Below are positions 25,381 through 38,148 of a DNA stretch of 64,000 nucleotides, one piece after another. How positions within the stretch are numbered: the stretch's first letter is position 1; each line of letters starts with the position of its first letter. Both the position numbers and the translations under genes were made by a program. Source of the stretch: Squalus acanthias (taxonomy: Eukaryota); NCBI GenBank assembly GCA_030390025.1, contig CM059438.1:61444001-61508000 (forward strand), written 5' to 3'. Below the pieces are notes generated by a model. That model was given only the letters and a program-made list of their open reading frames with translations, was not told the origin of the DNA and searched no databases.

Positions 25381-25854
25381 GGAGAGGTGACGGAACCATG
25401 ACGTTAGAGGCAAAGAAAGAGTTTGCGTCTTTTTTTTTACAATTTCACTGGGAGAAAAAAAAACTTGCATCCGTGTGATGCTTTGTCACGTCTTCAGGGC
25501 ACCCCAGACAGCTTCACAGCCGATGAATTAGTTTTGTTGTAGGCAATCGCAACAGCCAAATTGAACACAGCAAGATACAACTGGTAGAAAAATGAGTTGA
25601 GTGGCCAGCTCATGGCCCCGTCAGGCCTCTGGGTGTTGCGCACTTGTGCAGAAGCAGCGGAGTGCACCAGACTGCATTGTCCGGGATTTGGCTCCCTGCT
25701 CGTACGAATGTCGGGAGCGTACATCAGACACGCCAACTGAATGGGGAGGATATTCCTGTGCAGCTGCAGGATGTAAGTAAGCAATTTTGGCTTCACAGTC
25801 GCCCAGTTGCTCTATTCAGAGGATTATGTTAACAGGCGACACTTTGTACCGTGC

Positions 25855-26267
25855 ACCCTCATCTCTGAGTCTGAAGGTTGTGGGTTGAAGTACCACTCCA
25901 GTGACTTGGGCGCAAGATCTAGGCTGACATGCCAGTGCAGTACTGTCGGAGGTAACGTCTTTCGGATGAGACGTAAAACCGAGGCCCCGTCTGTCCTCTC
26001 AGGTGGATGTAAAAGATCCCACGGCACTATTTCGAAGAGTAAGGGAGTGTCCTGGCCAATATTTATCCCTCAACCAACAACGCTAAAACAGATAATCTGA
26101 TCATTATATCTCGTTGCTGTTTGTGGGATCTTGCTGTGTGCAAATTGGTTGCTGCGTTTCCTACATTACAACAGTGAATACACTTCAAAAGTACTTCATT
26201 GGCTGTAAAACGCTTTGGGATGTCCTGAGGTCATGAAAGGCACTATTGAAAGGCAAGTCTTTCTTTT
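25855..26267 (+). mobile_element. DeuSINE
   Basis: Deu core and tail. Confidence 0.85.
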
Positions 26268-26974
26268 AATTCTGTTTCATACAAAATTACCAATAAACAA
26301 AGTAATGAGATACATGAACACGCTAAACAATGTGGGTGGGTGACCAGAGACCAAGCTATCACCCTCGATGTGAGAGTGAGTTAAGGGTCTGTCCCAGCCT
26401 GACTGGCTGATCAAATGGTCTGTTTGTACAAAACTGACAAGTTTTCTTTAGAAGTAGATCCTCTGTGTTGTACTAGGTGGTGGTTGCATTCCTTGGCCAC
26501 AGTTCTAAGCTGCTGCGAATGTTTGTCCTGTGGTTTACAGCCTTGGCAAGCGCGTGCTTCAGAAGCCTGACTCTTTTATATCTGTGCGGTTGCAAGTGAG
26601 AAATGAAGCACAGCAATGAGCTACCAAAGAAAACCACCCAACTCCTGCTTTATGTCAGGCAATCTGCTGCAGAGATTCTGAAGGAAAATATGTTTTAAAA
26701 TCCTTGAACGCACATCAGAAACACGCAGTGAGAACTGCGAAAACATTCGATTGTTCTGCTCGTGCTCTATCCTCTTTTGGAATGTGTATCACTGGAGCTG
26801 AAGCTGAACAGTGTGTGCAATTCAGCAACATCAGGATTAGAGAAAAACCTCCCAACTGTGCCTTTTAAAATCAGTTATAAAGGATGTTAATTAACAGTAA
26901 CATCCTCATCTTCACTATATTTCTGTGATTTTTGAATATTTTGCCACTCTGAATTATCGACCCTGCTAATTACA

Positions 26975-27105
26975 CCCTCAAAAAACTCTAATAGATTTGT
27001 CAAGCATGATTTCCCTTTCATAAAACCGTGTTGACTCTGCCTAATCATATTGTGATTTTACAAGTGCCCTGTTACCACGTCCTTAATAATGGATTCCAGC
27101 ATTTA
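26975..27105 (-). mobile_element. Short CR1 RT fragment
   Basis: Matches ~2120-2250 ([18 protein letters not shown]). Confidence 0.8.
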
Positions 27106-27154
27106 ATAATGGATTACTGCCGCTGTAAAGACTTTCATTGGACCAAACCTCATC

Positions 27155-27295
27155 CCATTCACTCCCACTGTATCAAATTCTGTTGAATTAAACCTCTTTC
27201 CATTCACTCCTACTGTATCGAATTCTATTGAATTAAACCTCTTTCCATTCACTCACACTGTCTAGGATTCTATTTAATCAAATCACTTTCCATTA
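27155..27295. repeat. 45-bp minisatellite, ~3 units, degenerate continuation at 28800-28990
   Basis: ccattcactcctactgtatcgaattctattgaattaaacctcttt repeated. Confidence 0.8.
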
Positions 27296-28795
27296 GAATC
27301 ATAGAATGGTTACAGCACGGAAGAAGGCCATTTGGCCCATCGAGCCCATGCCGGCTCTCTGCCAGAGCACTTCAGCTAGTCCCACTCACCCACCCTTTCC
27401 CTGTAGCCCTGCAAATTTTTTTCCTTTATGTACTTATCCAACTCCCTTTTGCAAGCCATGATTGAGTCTGCCTCCACCACCCTTTCAGGCAGTGCATTCT
27501 AGATCCTAACCACTCGCTGCGTAAAAAAGTTTTTTCTTACGTCGCCTTTGGTTCTTTGGCCAATCACCTTAAATCTGTGTCCTCTGGTTCTCGACCCTTC
27601 CGCCAATGGGAACAGTTTCTCTCTATCTACTCTGTCCAGACCCCTCATGGTTTTGAACAGCTCTATCAAATCTCCTTTCACTCTTCTCTGTTCTAAGGAG
27701 AACAACCCCAGCTTCTCCAGTCTATCCACATAACTGAAGTCCCTCATCCCTGGAATCATTCTCGTAAATCTTTTCTGCACCCTCTCTAAGGCCTTCACAT
27801 CCTCCCTAAAGTGTGGTGCCCAGAATTGGACACAATACTCCAGTTGAGGCCGAACCAGTGTTTTATACAGGTTCATCATAATTTCCACACTTTTGAACTC
27901 TATACCTCTATTCATGAAGCCCAGGATCCCGTAAGCCTTTTTAACTGCTTTCTCAACCTGCCCTGCCACCTTCAACGATTTGTACGCACATACCCCCAGG
28001 TCTCTCTGTTCATGCACCCACTTCAGGATTGCACCATTTAGTTTATATGTCCTCTCCTCATTCTTTCTACCAAAATGTATCACTTCACACTTGGCTGTGT
28101 TAAATTTCATCTGCCCCGTGTCCGCCCATTTCACCAGCCTGTCTATGTCTTCCTGAAGTCTATCACTCTCCTTCTCACTGCTCACTATACTTCCAAGTTT
28201 TGTGTCATCTGCAAATTTTGAAATTGTGCCCTGTACACGTCCAAGTCATTAACATATATCAAGAAAAGCAGTGGTCCTAGAACCGACCCCTGGGGAACAC
28301 CACTGTATATCGTCCTCCAGTCCGAAAAATAACCGTTCACCACTACTCTCTGTTTCCTATCACTTAGCCAATTCCGTATCCATGCTGCCACTGTCCCTTT
28401 TATTCCAGGGGCTTCAACTTTGCTGGTAAGCCTATTACGTGGCACTTTGTTGAACGCCTTTTGGAAATCCATGTACACTGCGTCAACCACATTGCCCTCA
28501 TCAACCCTCTCTGTTACCTCATCAAAGAACTCAAACAAGTTAGTTAAACACGATTTGCCTTTAACAAATCCGTGCTGGCTTTCCTTAATTAATCCACACC
28601 TATCCAAGTGACTGTTAATTTTGTCCCTGATTACTGTTTCTAAAAACTTCCCCACTACCGAGGTCAAACTGACTGGCCATTAGTTGCTGGGTTTATCTTT
28701 ACACCCTTTTTTGAACAATGCTGTAACACTTGCAATTCTCCAGTCCTCTGGCACTACCCCCATATCTAAGGAGGATTGGAAGATTATGGCCAGTA
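27295..28795 (-). mobile_element. 5'-truncated CR1 (RT region)
   Basis: ORFs 28185-28667 and 27499-28185 with RT motifs. Confidence 0.95.
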
Positions 28796-29027
28796 CCGCC
28801 AACATTCACTCACATTGTATAGAATGACACTGGACAAAACATCTCATTTTGTAGAATTCCAATGAATGAAGCCACTCCCCATTCCGTGCCATTGTATGGG
28901 ACCTTGCTAGACCAAATTCTTTCTCATTCATCCATTTGTATTGAATTCCAGTGCAATAAAGCAATTCCATTCAATTTCCACCTATCTAAACAACAAATCA
29001 CTTCCTTTTTAGCACCAGAATCCTCAA

Positions 29028-29305
29028 TCAGGACCAGGGCAGCAGGTGCATAGGAACACCATCACCTCCAAATTGCCCTCCAAGTCGCACACCACTCTGA
29101 CTTGGACATATATCACCATTCCTTCATCGTCGCTGGGTCAAAATTTGGAACTCCTTACCTAACAGCACTGTGGGAGCACCTTCACCACATGGATTGCAGC
29201 GGTTCAAGAAGAAGACCCACCACCATCTTCTCAAGGGCAACTAGGGATGGGCAATAAATGCCGGCCTTGCCAGAGATGTCCATATCCCAAGAATGAATTT
29301 TAAAA
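29028..29305 (+). mobile_element. 3' end of the CR1/L2-group LINE
   Basis: Homologous to 18040-18320. Confidence 0.9.
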
Positions 29306-30381
29306 ATCCAGGCACACTGTTGTAATACTTAATCCTGAACATGATTCCTGAATGTTCCCAACTTGGACTTCTCCTAGCCACATTTAACTCGGTTCCACCA
29401 ACAGTACAGGAATCTGTTTCATACACCAACAGCACCTCGGAATATTTTGCAGAGTGTTTTAATTCAGAAGCAGTTGAGTCCCGAGTAACTAAATGGACTG
29501 AGGCATAAATATGACGAATGGTAACCTTCACTTCAAGCACAAGCCAGATCCAAGTCTAACATTTCTTGGCAGGTTGATTATTCTTTTATCTCCTTTCATC
29601 TGAACATCCTATGTCGTTTTGATTTATCACTATTAAATTAGTCTGTTTATAGGCTCAAGTCCCACCTTCTAGACTCCTTACCAAAACAAAGCAGTTACTA
29701 AGATTGATTAACATTCGGATGGTTTTTGGAATGTGCTTGTTTGAAGTGTAAATGATGATGACATCATGGTTAGGAGAACCGCCACGGAGGAGTTCCTGAG
29801 CCCATCAGGCCTAAGGAGCTAGATTAATATCAGTGGAGATCCAGGCCCTGAGGTTCCTCAAACTCCATTGTGTAGTGGGGCAGGACTTTCAATCAATAGT
29901 CTGGCCCGGTGTTGACCCCATCCAATCGCGGTCCGGGACATTTGCATAAAGGGTTCAGTCGCCCACATATTGACGCCCATCCCTGGGTATCCACGCTGCC
30001 AGAGGCCAGGAATGTAGGAACGCCACCTGGCACTTAAGAGAAGCCTACTAACCAAAACAAGCTCTATGACCTGCCAGTTCATGCCTTCTTTATACAGGGT
30101 AAGCGATAAAGGTTGTTCCTATTTAAATGCCTGGAGGCGACCAAGAATACTGAAGGAAAGGTGTGGCAGCAAAATAAAAATAAAAATACCAAATTGGTAT
30201 AAGTTCCCAGACCAAAAAATTAATACATGGGGCAAAATGCAGCAACATTGCTAACAAAATGCAAAAAAAAAAACGATTCTGATAAACACCGTACTAACTT
30301 TCAAGAGGCTCAGGCTAGGCTTTAGGCTCCCTGATGTGCCCATTCCAATTGGACAAGCACTGCACCACAGGCGGGACCTCT

Positions 30382-31224
30382 CAGACAAAAGGTTAGTATG
30401 CAGGTGCAGCAAGTGATTAAGAAGGCAAATGGAATGTTGGCTTTCATTGCTAGGGGGATAGAATATAAAAATAGGGAGGTATTGCTTCAGTTGTACAAGG
30501 TATTGGTGAGACCGCACCTGGAATACTGCATACAGTTTTGGTGTCCTTACTTAAGGAAAGACATCCTTGCTCTCGAGGCAGTGCAAAAAAGGTTCACTCG
30601 GTTAATCCCGGGGATGAGGGGGTGGTCATATGAGGAGAGGTTGGGTAGATTGGGACTCTACTCATTGGAGTTCAGAAGAATGAGAGGCGATCTTATTGAA
30701 ACATATAAGATTGTGAAGGGATTGGATCGGGTGGATGCAGGGAGGATGTTCCCGATGACGGGTGAGACTAGAACTAGGGGACATAGTCTTAGAATAAGGG
30801 GCTGCTCTTTCAAAACTGAGATGAGGAGGAACTACTTCACTCAGAGGGTGGTAGGTCCATGGAATATGCTGCCACAAAAAGCTGTAGAAGCTACATCATT
30901 AAATAAATTTAAAACAGTAATAGACAGTTTCCTAGAAGTAAAGGGCATTAAGGGTTACGGGGAGCGGGCAGGAATTTGGACATGAGTCTAGGTTCGGATC
31001 GGTCATGGCCCTGTGGGTAGTGGAGCGGGCCCAGGGACCGTGTAGCCTGATTCTGCTCCTATTTCGTGTGTGCAATTCTGTTAGATGCAGGAGATGGTTC
31101 TGTGATAGTAGATAGTAGATTGGCGGTTAGGATCAGATCAGCCATGATCTTATTGAATGGCGGAGCAGGCTCGAGGGGCCGATTGGCCTACTCCTGCTCC
31201 TATTTCTTATGTTCTTATGTTCTT
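30382..31224 (+). mobile_element. CR1 3' fragment with duplicated 3' UTR
   Basis: ORF 30398-30985; (ttcttatg)n tail. Confidence 0.9.
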
Positions 31225-31509
31225 AATCAGAGGCTCAGCTGAGCGACTTATTTGGAATATTAACTGCAGGTCAAATCAGGTGCATTTATACCTGTAGCAC
31301 GGCCTCATCTGAGCAAAGAGAATGGCACATCAAAAAATCAGGCACACACGGTCGTGGGCCTGATTCCCCATCCCCACCGAGGTGCCATAGTGCGAACCTA
31401 TGTCCACAAAGACAAAAGGCTTGGCTACCCTGGCAATACTCTAGAGACCTGCAGTTCATAACATAAACTGACCTTCATTCTTAACTCAACTGTCAGCCAC
31501 TCTCAGAGA

Positions 31510-31920
31510 AATAAAGACTTGTATGTATGCAACGCCTTTCACATCCTCAGGACAAACCAAAGCGCTTTAAAGCCAATGAAGTGCTTTTTGAAGCGTAATC
31601 GTTGATGTAATGTAGGAAATGCTTAACCAAATTGCGCACAGCAAAGTCCCACAAACAGCAATGTGACAATGACCAGATAATCTGTTTTAGTGATGTTGGT
31701 TGAGGGATAAATACTGACCAGCACACCGTGGAGAACTCCCCTGCTCTTCTTCAAAATAGGATCTTTTACATCCACCTGAGAGAGCAGATGGGCCTAGGTT
31801 TAATGGCACATTTGAAAGACAGCACCTCTGAAAGTGCAGCACTCCCTCAGCACTGCACTGCACTGCACCGGAGTATCAGCCTAGATTTTGTGCTCAAGTC
31901 TCTGTTTTGGGGCTTGAACC
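31510..31920 (-). mobile_element. DeuSINE
   Basis: Deu core and tail. Confidence 0.85.
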
Positions 31921-32029
31921 TACAAGCTTCAAGTGTGCAGCTCAGACAAAAAGAGCAGATACAGCCAGCAAATAGCTCCCATCAACACAGAAACCATGTT
32001 AGTGCTACATCGAGGATTTAGGAGCATCG

Positions 32030-32262
32030 GAACATAGGATTCAGTCCCTGGCTGATCTGTACCTCAATTCCATTTACCCGCCTTTGATCCATATTCCTTG
32101 ATACCCTTACCTAACAAAAATCGATCTGTCTCAGTTCTGAAAATTTCAATTGACCCAGCATCCACAGCCTTTTGGGGGAAAGGGTTCTAGATTTCCGCTA
32201 CCCTTTGTGTGAAAAAGTGCTTCCTGATTTCACTCCTAAATGACCTAGCTCTAATTTTAAGA
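32030..32262 (-). mobile_element. CR1 3' fragment
   Basis: Same family as 306-656. Confidence 0.75.
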
Positions 32263-32412
32263 TGTGTGCGCGAATATGCTTGTTTTTACAGAATTCATAG
32301 AATTCACGGATCATTTTGCCTCACTCTGTGGAGGTGCCTTCTGCTTTGTTTTTATCTCCAATTTCTTTTTTGTAGGTTAGTTTTCTCCTCCCAGACATCC
32401 GCTCACTTTTAC

Positions 32413-32698
32413 CTGACAGGCGGGCAGTTGATTCCAGGGACATACCGCACCTTCTGACTGACCCTCGTCTTCGTCTAAAGTTCTTCTGTCTGTTTCTATC
32501 TGGGTTCTGGTTGGCTTGCGGCGTCACATATTGTATTACAGCCATGTCCAGGCCTGCATTTATCGAGCGAGATGAAGACCGCGAACCAATGTTTTCCTGT
32601 ATCTTGATGAGAACTGTCGCCCAAGCGTGTAATCCCATCATTGGAAAACAGACTTGCTCTTCCCGGAATGCTGGCGTGACACGTGTGAGGGTAGAGTT
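32413..32698 (-). other. Candidate host exon (unidentified)
   Basis: Non-repeat CpG-retaining segment with one open frame, donor CAG|GTAAAA at 32413, weak acceptor; no recognised homology. Confidence 0.25.
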
Positions 32699-32953
32699 CT
32701 AGTTTTACAATTTTATTTCAGTTAAAGAGGGATTGTTATTGATGCAGCTTTGTACTACTGGGTAATCAGCATTACCAAACCTCATTCTACCAAAATCAAT
32801 CTGGTGCACGGTTCCTCCAATTTCTCTACATGAAATGGTGCCTATTATTCGATACAATATTACTGAAGCGCCTTGGGATGTTTTATTGCGTTAAAGGTGC
32901 TATATAAATGTAAGTTGTTGCTGTTGTCATTGTATACAGTCTGATTTCTTATT

Positions 32954-33705
32954 GGGGCAGAAATTCGGCTCTTGTCGGGTGAGTACGCGCTGTGTACTCA
33001 CCCGTAGGGCCACCGGAAGTGCCGGTTTTGCGCATGCACGGGAAACCGGAACTTCCGGTCTCGTGAAAGAAGGGGTTCGAGGGTCAACCGCGTGCGCCGG
33101 AGAGGCAGCGCGCACGCAGCGAACTTCCGGTTTTTTTTTCAGGTTTCTCCGTGAGGGTAAGTACGGAGAAGCTGCGCAGGAAAAAAGGAGGCGCAAGGCC
33201 TGCTTTTAACAAGGTAAGTGGTGAATTAAATACAATTTAAACATTTTTTCAACAGGTTTATCTTTTTTACATACTTTAAAGAAAGGTAAGTTTATTTTTA
33301 GCACCATTAAAAAGTATAATTAATTTTTTCAAAAATTTTAATTTTTGTTTAAAGTAGTTAATTTATGTAATTTATAGTTATTTTAAAAATGTGATTTTTT
33401 TTAATTTATTTGAAGTTTTAGTGTGGTTTTGGGGGCGATCTCTATTCATAGATTTGACAGGTCTTCCTGTCAAAATCTATGAATGGAGATTCCCTGCTCC
33501 GATTGGCTCTCCATGGCCCACGTGATCCCAGGGAACGCTTCGAACTAACTGCGCCCCTGGGATACGCAAGCACTGCGCGCCGGCAGCTGCAGGAGGCCCA
33601 GGAGCCGAAGTCCACGCGGGCCCGAAGCACAACGGCAGGCGCGGTAGGTAAGTACGCACGCGATCCTTGCACCCGCGGGAAGCCGGAGAGCCGAATTTCT
33701 GGCCC
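32954..33705 (+). mobile_element. ~0.75-kb Harbinger MITE family B, copy 1
   Basis: TIR ggggcagaaattcggc / gccgaatttctggccc; inverted homologue at 59804-60525. Confidence 0.9.
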
Positions 33706-33711
33706 TATATT

Positions 33712-34290
33712 TTTAATTAAATGTCATTCTCGGGATGTGGGCATCGCTGGCAAGGCCGGCATTTATTGACCATCCCCAGTTGCCCTGGGAAGGTGGTGCT
33801 GGGTTTGATAGAACTGAGTGCCTTGCTGGGCCACTTCAGAAGGCAGTTAAGAGTCAACAGGGGTAGATTTTGACTTTGTGCAATAATATAAAACAGGTGA
33901 TAGAGTATCAGCAGCCCGTTCTCCATCTCTCCCCACTTACAGCTCTCCATTGACTTCAATGGAAATGCAAATCAGGAGAGATGTGAAACAGGCTGCCGAT
34001 TCTCTATCACCCGTTTTAAAAAGTCAAAATTACCCCCAACCATGTTGGTGTGGGAATCACATATAGCCCCAGACCAGGTAAGGACCAGGAATCTTTCCCT
34101 AAAGGACATCAGTTGGGATTTTATGACAATCTGACAGCTTCGTGGTTACTTTTACTGATACCAGCTTTTTATTTTGGGTTTGCTTTGCTAAACTGAATTA
34201 AAATTCTCAAGCTGTCACGGTGGGATTTGAACTAACATTCTCTGGATTATTAGGCGATGTCTCTGAATTACTAGTCCAGAGTGGTTATAA
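33712..34290 (-). mobile_element. tRNA-derived SINE sharing its 3' tail with the CR1/L2-group LINE; split by a MITE
   Basis: Tail is the reverse complement of 18235-18310; B-box-like gttcaaatccc at ~34220-34232 (minus). Confidence 0.75.
33859..34037. mobile_element. Palindromic 179-bp Harbinger-type MITE, TSD AAC
   Basis: aac|aggggtagattttgact...agtcaaaattaccccc|aac; internal arms also complementary. Confidence 0.8.
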
Positions 34291-34394
34291 CTGTGGCCGT
34301 TGCCATATCCACTGAAGTTTAAACTTATAATGAGCAGTTCTCTGTTTAAATTTTTTTGTTAAATTATGGAATAAAATATATGAGGTGGTGTAAT

Positions 34395-34915
34395 CACTGT
34401 TGTAATGTCGGAAATGCAGCAGCCAATTTGCAGTCCCACAGACAGCAATAACCCACAACCTTCTGACTCAAAGAAAAGAGTGCCAGCACTGAGCCAAGCC
34501 TTGCAGGGTAAAGAGTCCACTCCTAACACATACCTCCTATTGAGAAGTTACATAATTTTATTCATGCAGCTTTGAAAAATTACTGACCTATTCCATATAT
34601 ACCTTTGAATGATAAATTCTATGAAAAGACCAGAAAGGAGCACTCCCACAAGGAATTGTGTCACCACAGATCTCTATTTAGTAAAAAGCAGAATAGCTGC
34701 CATTATGGGCATGAACTAATCAGGTACTCAGAATTTTGCAGTTGAGCTCAATAGTGAGATTATCTGATCATTATCACATTGCTCTTTGTGGGATCCTGCT
34801 GTGCGCAAATTGGCTGCCGTGCTTCCTACATTTCAAGAGTGCTTCATCGGCTGTGAAGCGCTTTGGGGTGTCCTGAGGTCGTGAAAGGCGCTAGATAAGT
34901 GCCAGTTCTTTCTTT
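34395..34915. mobile_element. Two DeuSINE fragments (34395-34500 minus, 34757-34915 plus)
   Basis: Partial matches to the SINE body and tail. Confidence 0.65.
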
Positions 34916-35521
34916 CAATGAGACCCTGCTGCAAGGAGCATGTGTGAGGGTGTTGGTTTAGAAGAGGAGTGGGCTTGGCTGTGATCTCCATCCACAATAA
35001 AATAGACCACTGATACTCACGGTCTGGGTTCACAGATGACGGGACGCCATTTGGGCAAGGTACTGAAGGGCTGATACCGACCCTGGAATCATACCCCACT
35101 ATGAGTGAGCTGGGGGAGGGAGAGGAAGATATAGTAGCAGAAACCGGTGCACAGAGAGATACCCCAGTGCTTTCTACAAAAGGTTAAAGCAACATTACAT
35201 AAACATGTTTCTGAATCATGTTTGAAATGTGCCCAAGGCCGGGTGAAATATAAACTGCTGCCTCAAAGTTCAAGGCCAAAAATATTTTTAGATAATAAAA
35301 TTTATGATAATAAAATTAGTGCTTTGGCCCGCTTATATATCTGGGCCTTGTCATAACTTACATTAATGCTGCTGACATAACTGTTTTGGTATGGTAAAGG
35401 TTACAGTTAATTCATAAAAAGTTCCTTTTAAACTTCTGGGGGGTTGAAAGGCTCTTCCATTCACCGATGACAAAACACTTTTAAAGCTGTACTGCCCTGG
35501 AATAGTCAAAGGGAGCTACCA

Positions 35522-36680
35522 AGGTGAGGTGAGAGGGACTGCCCTTAACATCAAGGCAGCACTTGACCGAGTGTGGCACCAAGGAGCCCTAGTAAAACTT
35601 AAGTCAACGGGGATCGGGGAGGAAACTCTCCACTGGCTGGCGTCATACCTCGCACAAAGGAAGATGGTTGTTGGAGGCCACACATCTCAGCCCCAGGACA
35701 TCGCTGCAGGAGTGTCCTAGGCCCAACCATTGTCAGCTGCTTCATCAATGACCTTCTCTCCAACAGAAGGTCAGAAGTGAGGATGTTTGCTGATGATTAC
35801 ACAGTATTCAGTTCCGTTCACAATTCCTCAGATAATGAAGCAGTCCATGCCCGCATGCAGCAGGACCTGGACAACATCCAGGTGGCAAGCAGCATTCACG
35901 CCACACAAGTGCCAGGCAATGACCATCTCCAACAAGAGTCTAACCACTGCCCCTTGACATTCAACGGCATTACCATCGCCGAATCCCCCACCATCAACAT
36001 CCTGACCATCACTATTGACCAGAAACTTAACTGGACCAGCCACATAAATACTGTGGCTACAAAAGCAGGTCAGAGGCTAGGTATTCTGCGGTAAGTGACT
36101 CATCTCCTGACTCTCCAAAGCCTTTCCACCATCTACAAGGCACAAGTCAGGAGTGAGTGTGATGGAATACTCTCCACTTGCCTGGATGAGTGCAACTCCA
36201 ACAACACTCAAGAAGCTCGACACCATCCAGGACAAAGCAGCCCGCTTGATTGGCACCCCATCCACCACCTTAAACATTCACTCCCTCCACCACTGTCGCA
36301 ACATGGCTGCAGTGTGTACCATCTACAAGATGCACTGCAGCAACTCGCCAAGGCTTCTTCGATAGCACCTCCAAAACCCGCGACCTCTTCCACCTAGAAG
36401 GACAAGGGCAGCAGCTACATGGGAACGCCACCACCTCCAAGTTCCCCTCCAAGTCACACACCATCCTGACTTAGAAGTATATCGCCGTTCCTTCATCGTC
36501 GCTGGGTCAAAATCCTGGAACTCCCTCCCTAACAGCACTGTGGGAGCACCTTCACCACACGGACTGCAGGGGTTCAAGAAGGCGGCTCACCACCACCTTC
36601 TCAAGGGCAACTAGGGAGGGGCAATAAATGCTGACCTTGCCAGTGACGCCCACATCCCGTGAATGAATACATTAAAAAAA
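35522..36680 (+). mobile_element. 5'-truncated CR1/L2-group LINE
   Basis: Homologous to 17130-18320; MFADD. Confidence 0.9.
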
Positions 36681-37773
36681 ATCACCTGGCACTCCTGTAA
36701 GCATGGAATTCGAGGAGTCTTGCAGTTATTTTGTTTTCCTACGGGAGAAACACTTTCTTATAAGAGACACACAGAGTTTCTACAACCACCCCCAAATTTG
36801 ATGGAGTGAAATGTATTCTTTATTCCTCACCAAAAGCACCAAAACAGGTTATCAACTGCATGTCAGTGCCACTCGTGATGCATCTGCTTGATAGTCACCC
36901 TCACTGAATGCATTGCATCCATCGGATGCACACATGCCATACAGACAGTCAGATCTGTCGTGCCCCCTTGCAGGAGAAAAGAGCACAAAATACAAGGAAG
37001 AGGTAGAGGACCGGAGGTGAACCACCACAGATCGGGGAGTTGATATCTGCAGAGCAAAAGGCCCTGGAGATAAGAGGGATGTCAGCGTCAGCGTCGTTGA
37101 GCATCAGAGATGGAGAGACTCAGACTTCACTGCTGCATGGTAACAGCATTAAATATCTCCGACCCACATCTCATACAAGACTCAGACATGTTAATATGAT
37201 TTCAGCACCAAATGAAATATGATCACCTTAATCATGTGAATTTCAACATTTTTGCATTTCTATGACTAAATCATATCCATCTCTACCCTCCTCCAGGGCC
37301 ATCACACGAAGAATAGCATCCTGTGGCCCTTCCGGATGGTGTTTCCTCAGAAGAGCTGATTTATGAACATAAGAAATAGGAGCCTGCTCCGCCATTCAAT
37401 AAGATCATGGCTGATCATCGACCTCAACTCCACTTTCCCGCCCGATCTCCATATCCTTTGATTCCCCTAGAGTCCAAAAATTTCTTCTGAGGGTACACCA
37501 TCGCAGGTATGAGCACTTCAGTGTGTCCTCTTAGACAGTTAGATGGGATCTCACCTGGTGAATCACAGTTCACAAGTAAGCACAAGCAGAGAGTGGTGGT
37601 CGGACAGCCGTGGAGAGTCCGTGTTGGAGGGCTCAGTCCTCTCCGAGCTCTGCTCAGTTGGACAGGGATGCTGAACTCTGGGGGCCATCAATGAAAAGGA
37701 GAATGATAGAGGGTCAGCAGCAAATGTGCGAGGTACTGGCAATCTTGCCAGGCACACTTTCCACAATAGCACA

Positions 37774-38148
37774 AATGTGAGAAGTCGCACAACACCAGGT
37801 TATAGTCCAACAGTTTTATTTGAAATCACAAGCTTTCGGAGCGCTGCTCCTTCGTCAGGTGAAGTGAAGAGATGCATATAGGCACATCATATATAGTCAG
37901 AGAACACTGCCAGATGATTACAGTTAATCTTTCCAACTGCCCTTTATCACACCTCGGCAGAGAGATAATCACGGCAATCAAAGGTGTGGATGGTGTCCAA
38001 ACAGGTCAGTCAGGAAAACATTACATCAAAGACAATGTGGCAGATGCTCCGAAAGCTTGTGATTTCAAATAAAGCTGTTGGACTATAACCTGGTGTTGTG
38101 CGACTTTTCACATTTGTCCACCCCAGTCCAACACCGGCATCTCCACAT
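37774..38148. mobile_element. Penelope-like element remnant with inverted pLTRs and 12-bp TSD
   Basis: ~70-bp inverted repeat 37773-37842 vs 38046-38115; cacaatagcaca at 37762-37773 and 38149-38160. Confidence 0.85.
37824..37864 (-). ncRNA. Minimal type I hammerhead ribozyme
   Basis: ucac-CUGACGA-a-ggagc-agc-gcucc-GAAA-GC-UU-guga on the minus strand. Confidence 0.7.
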
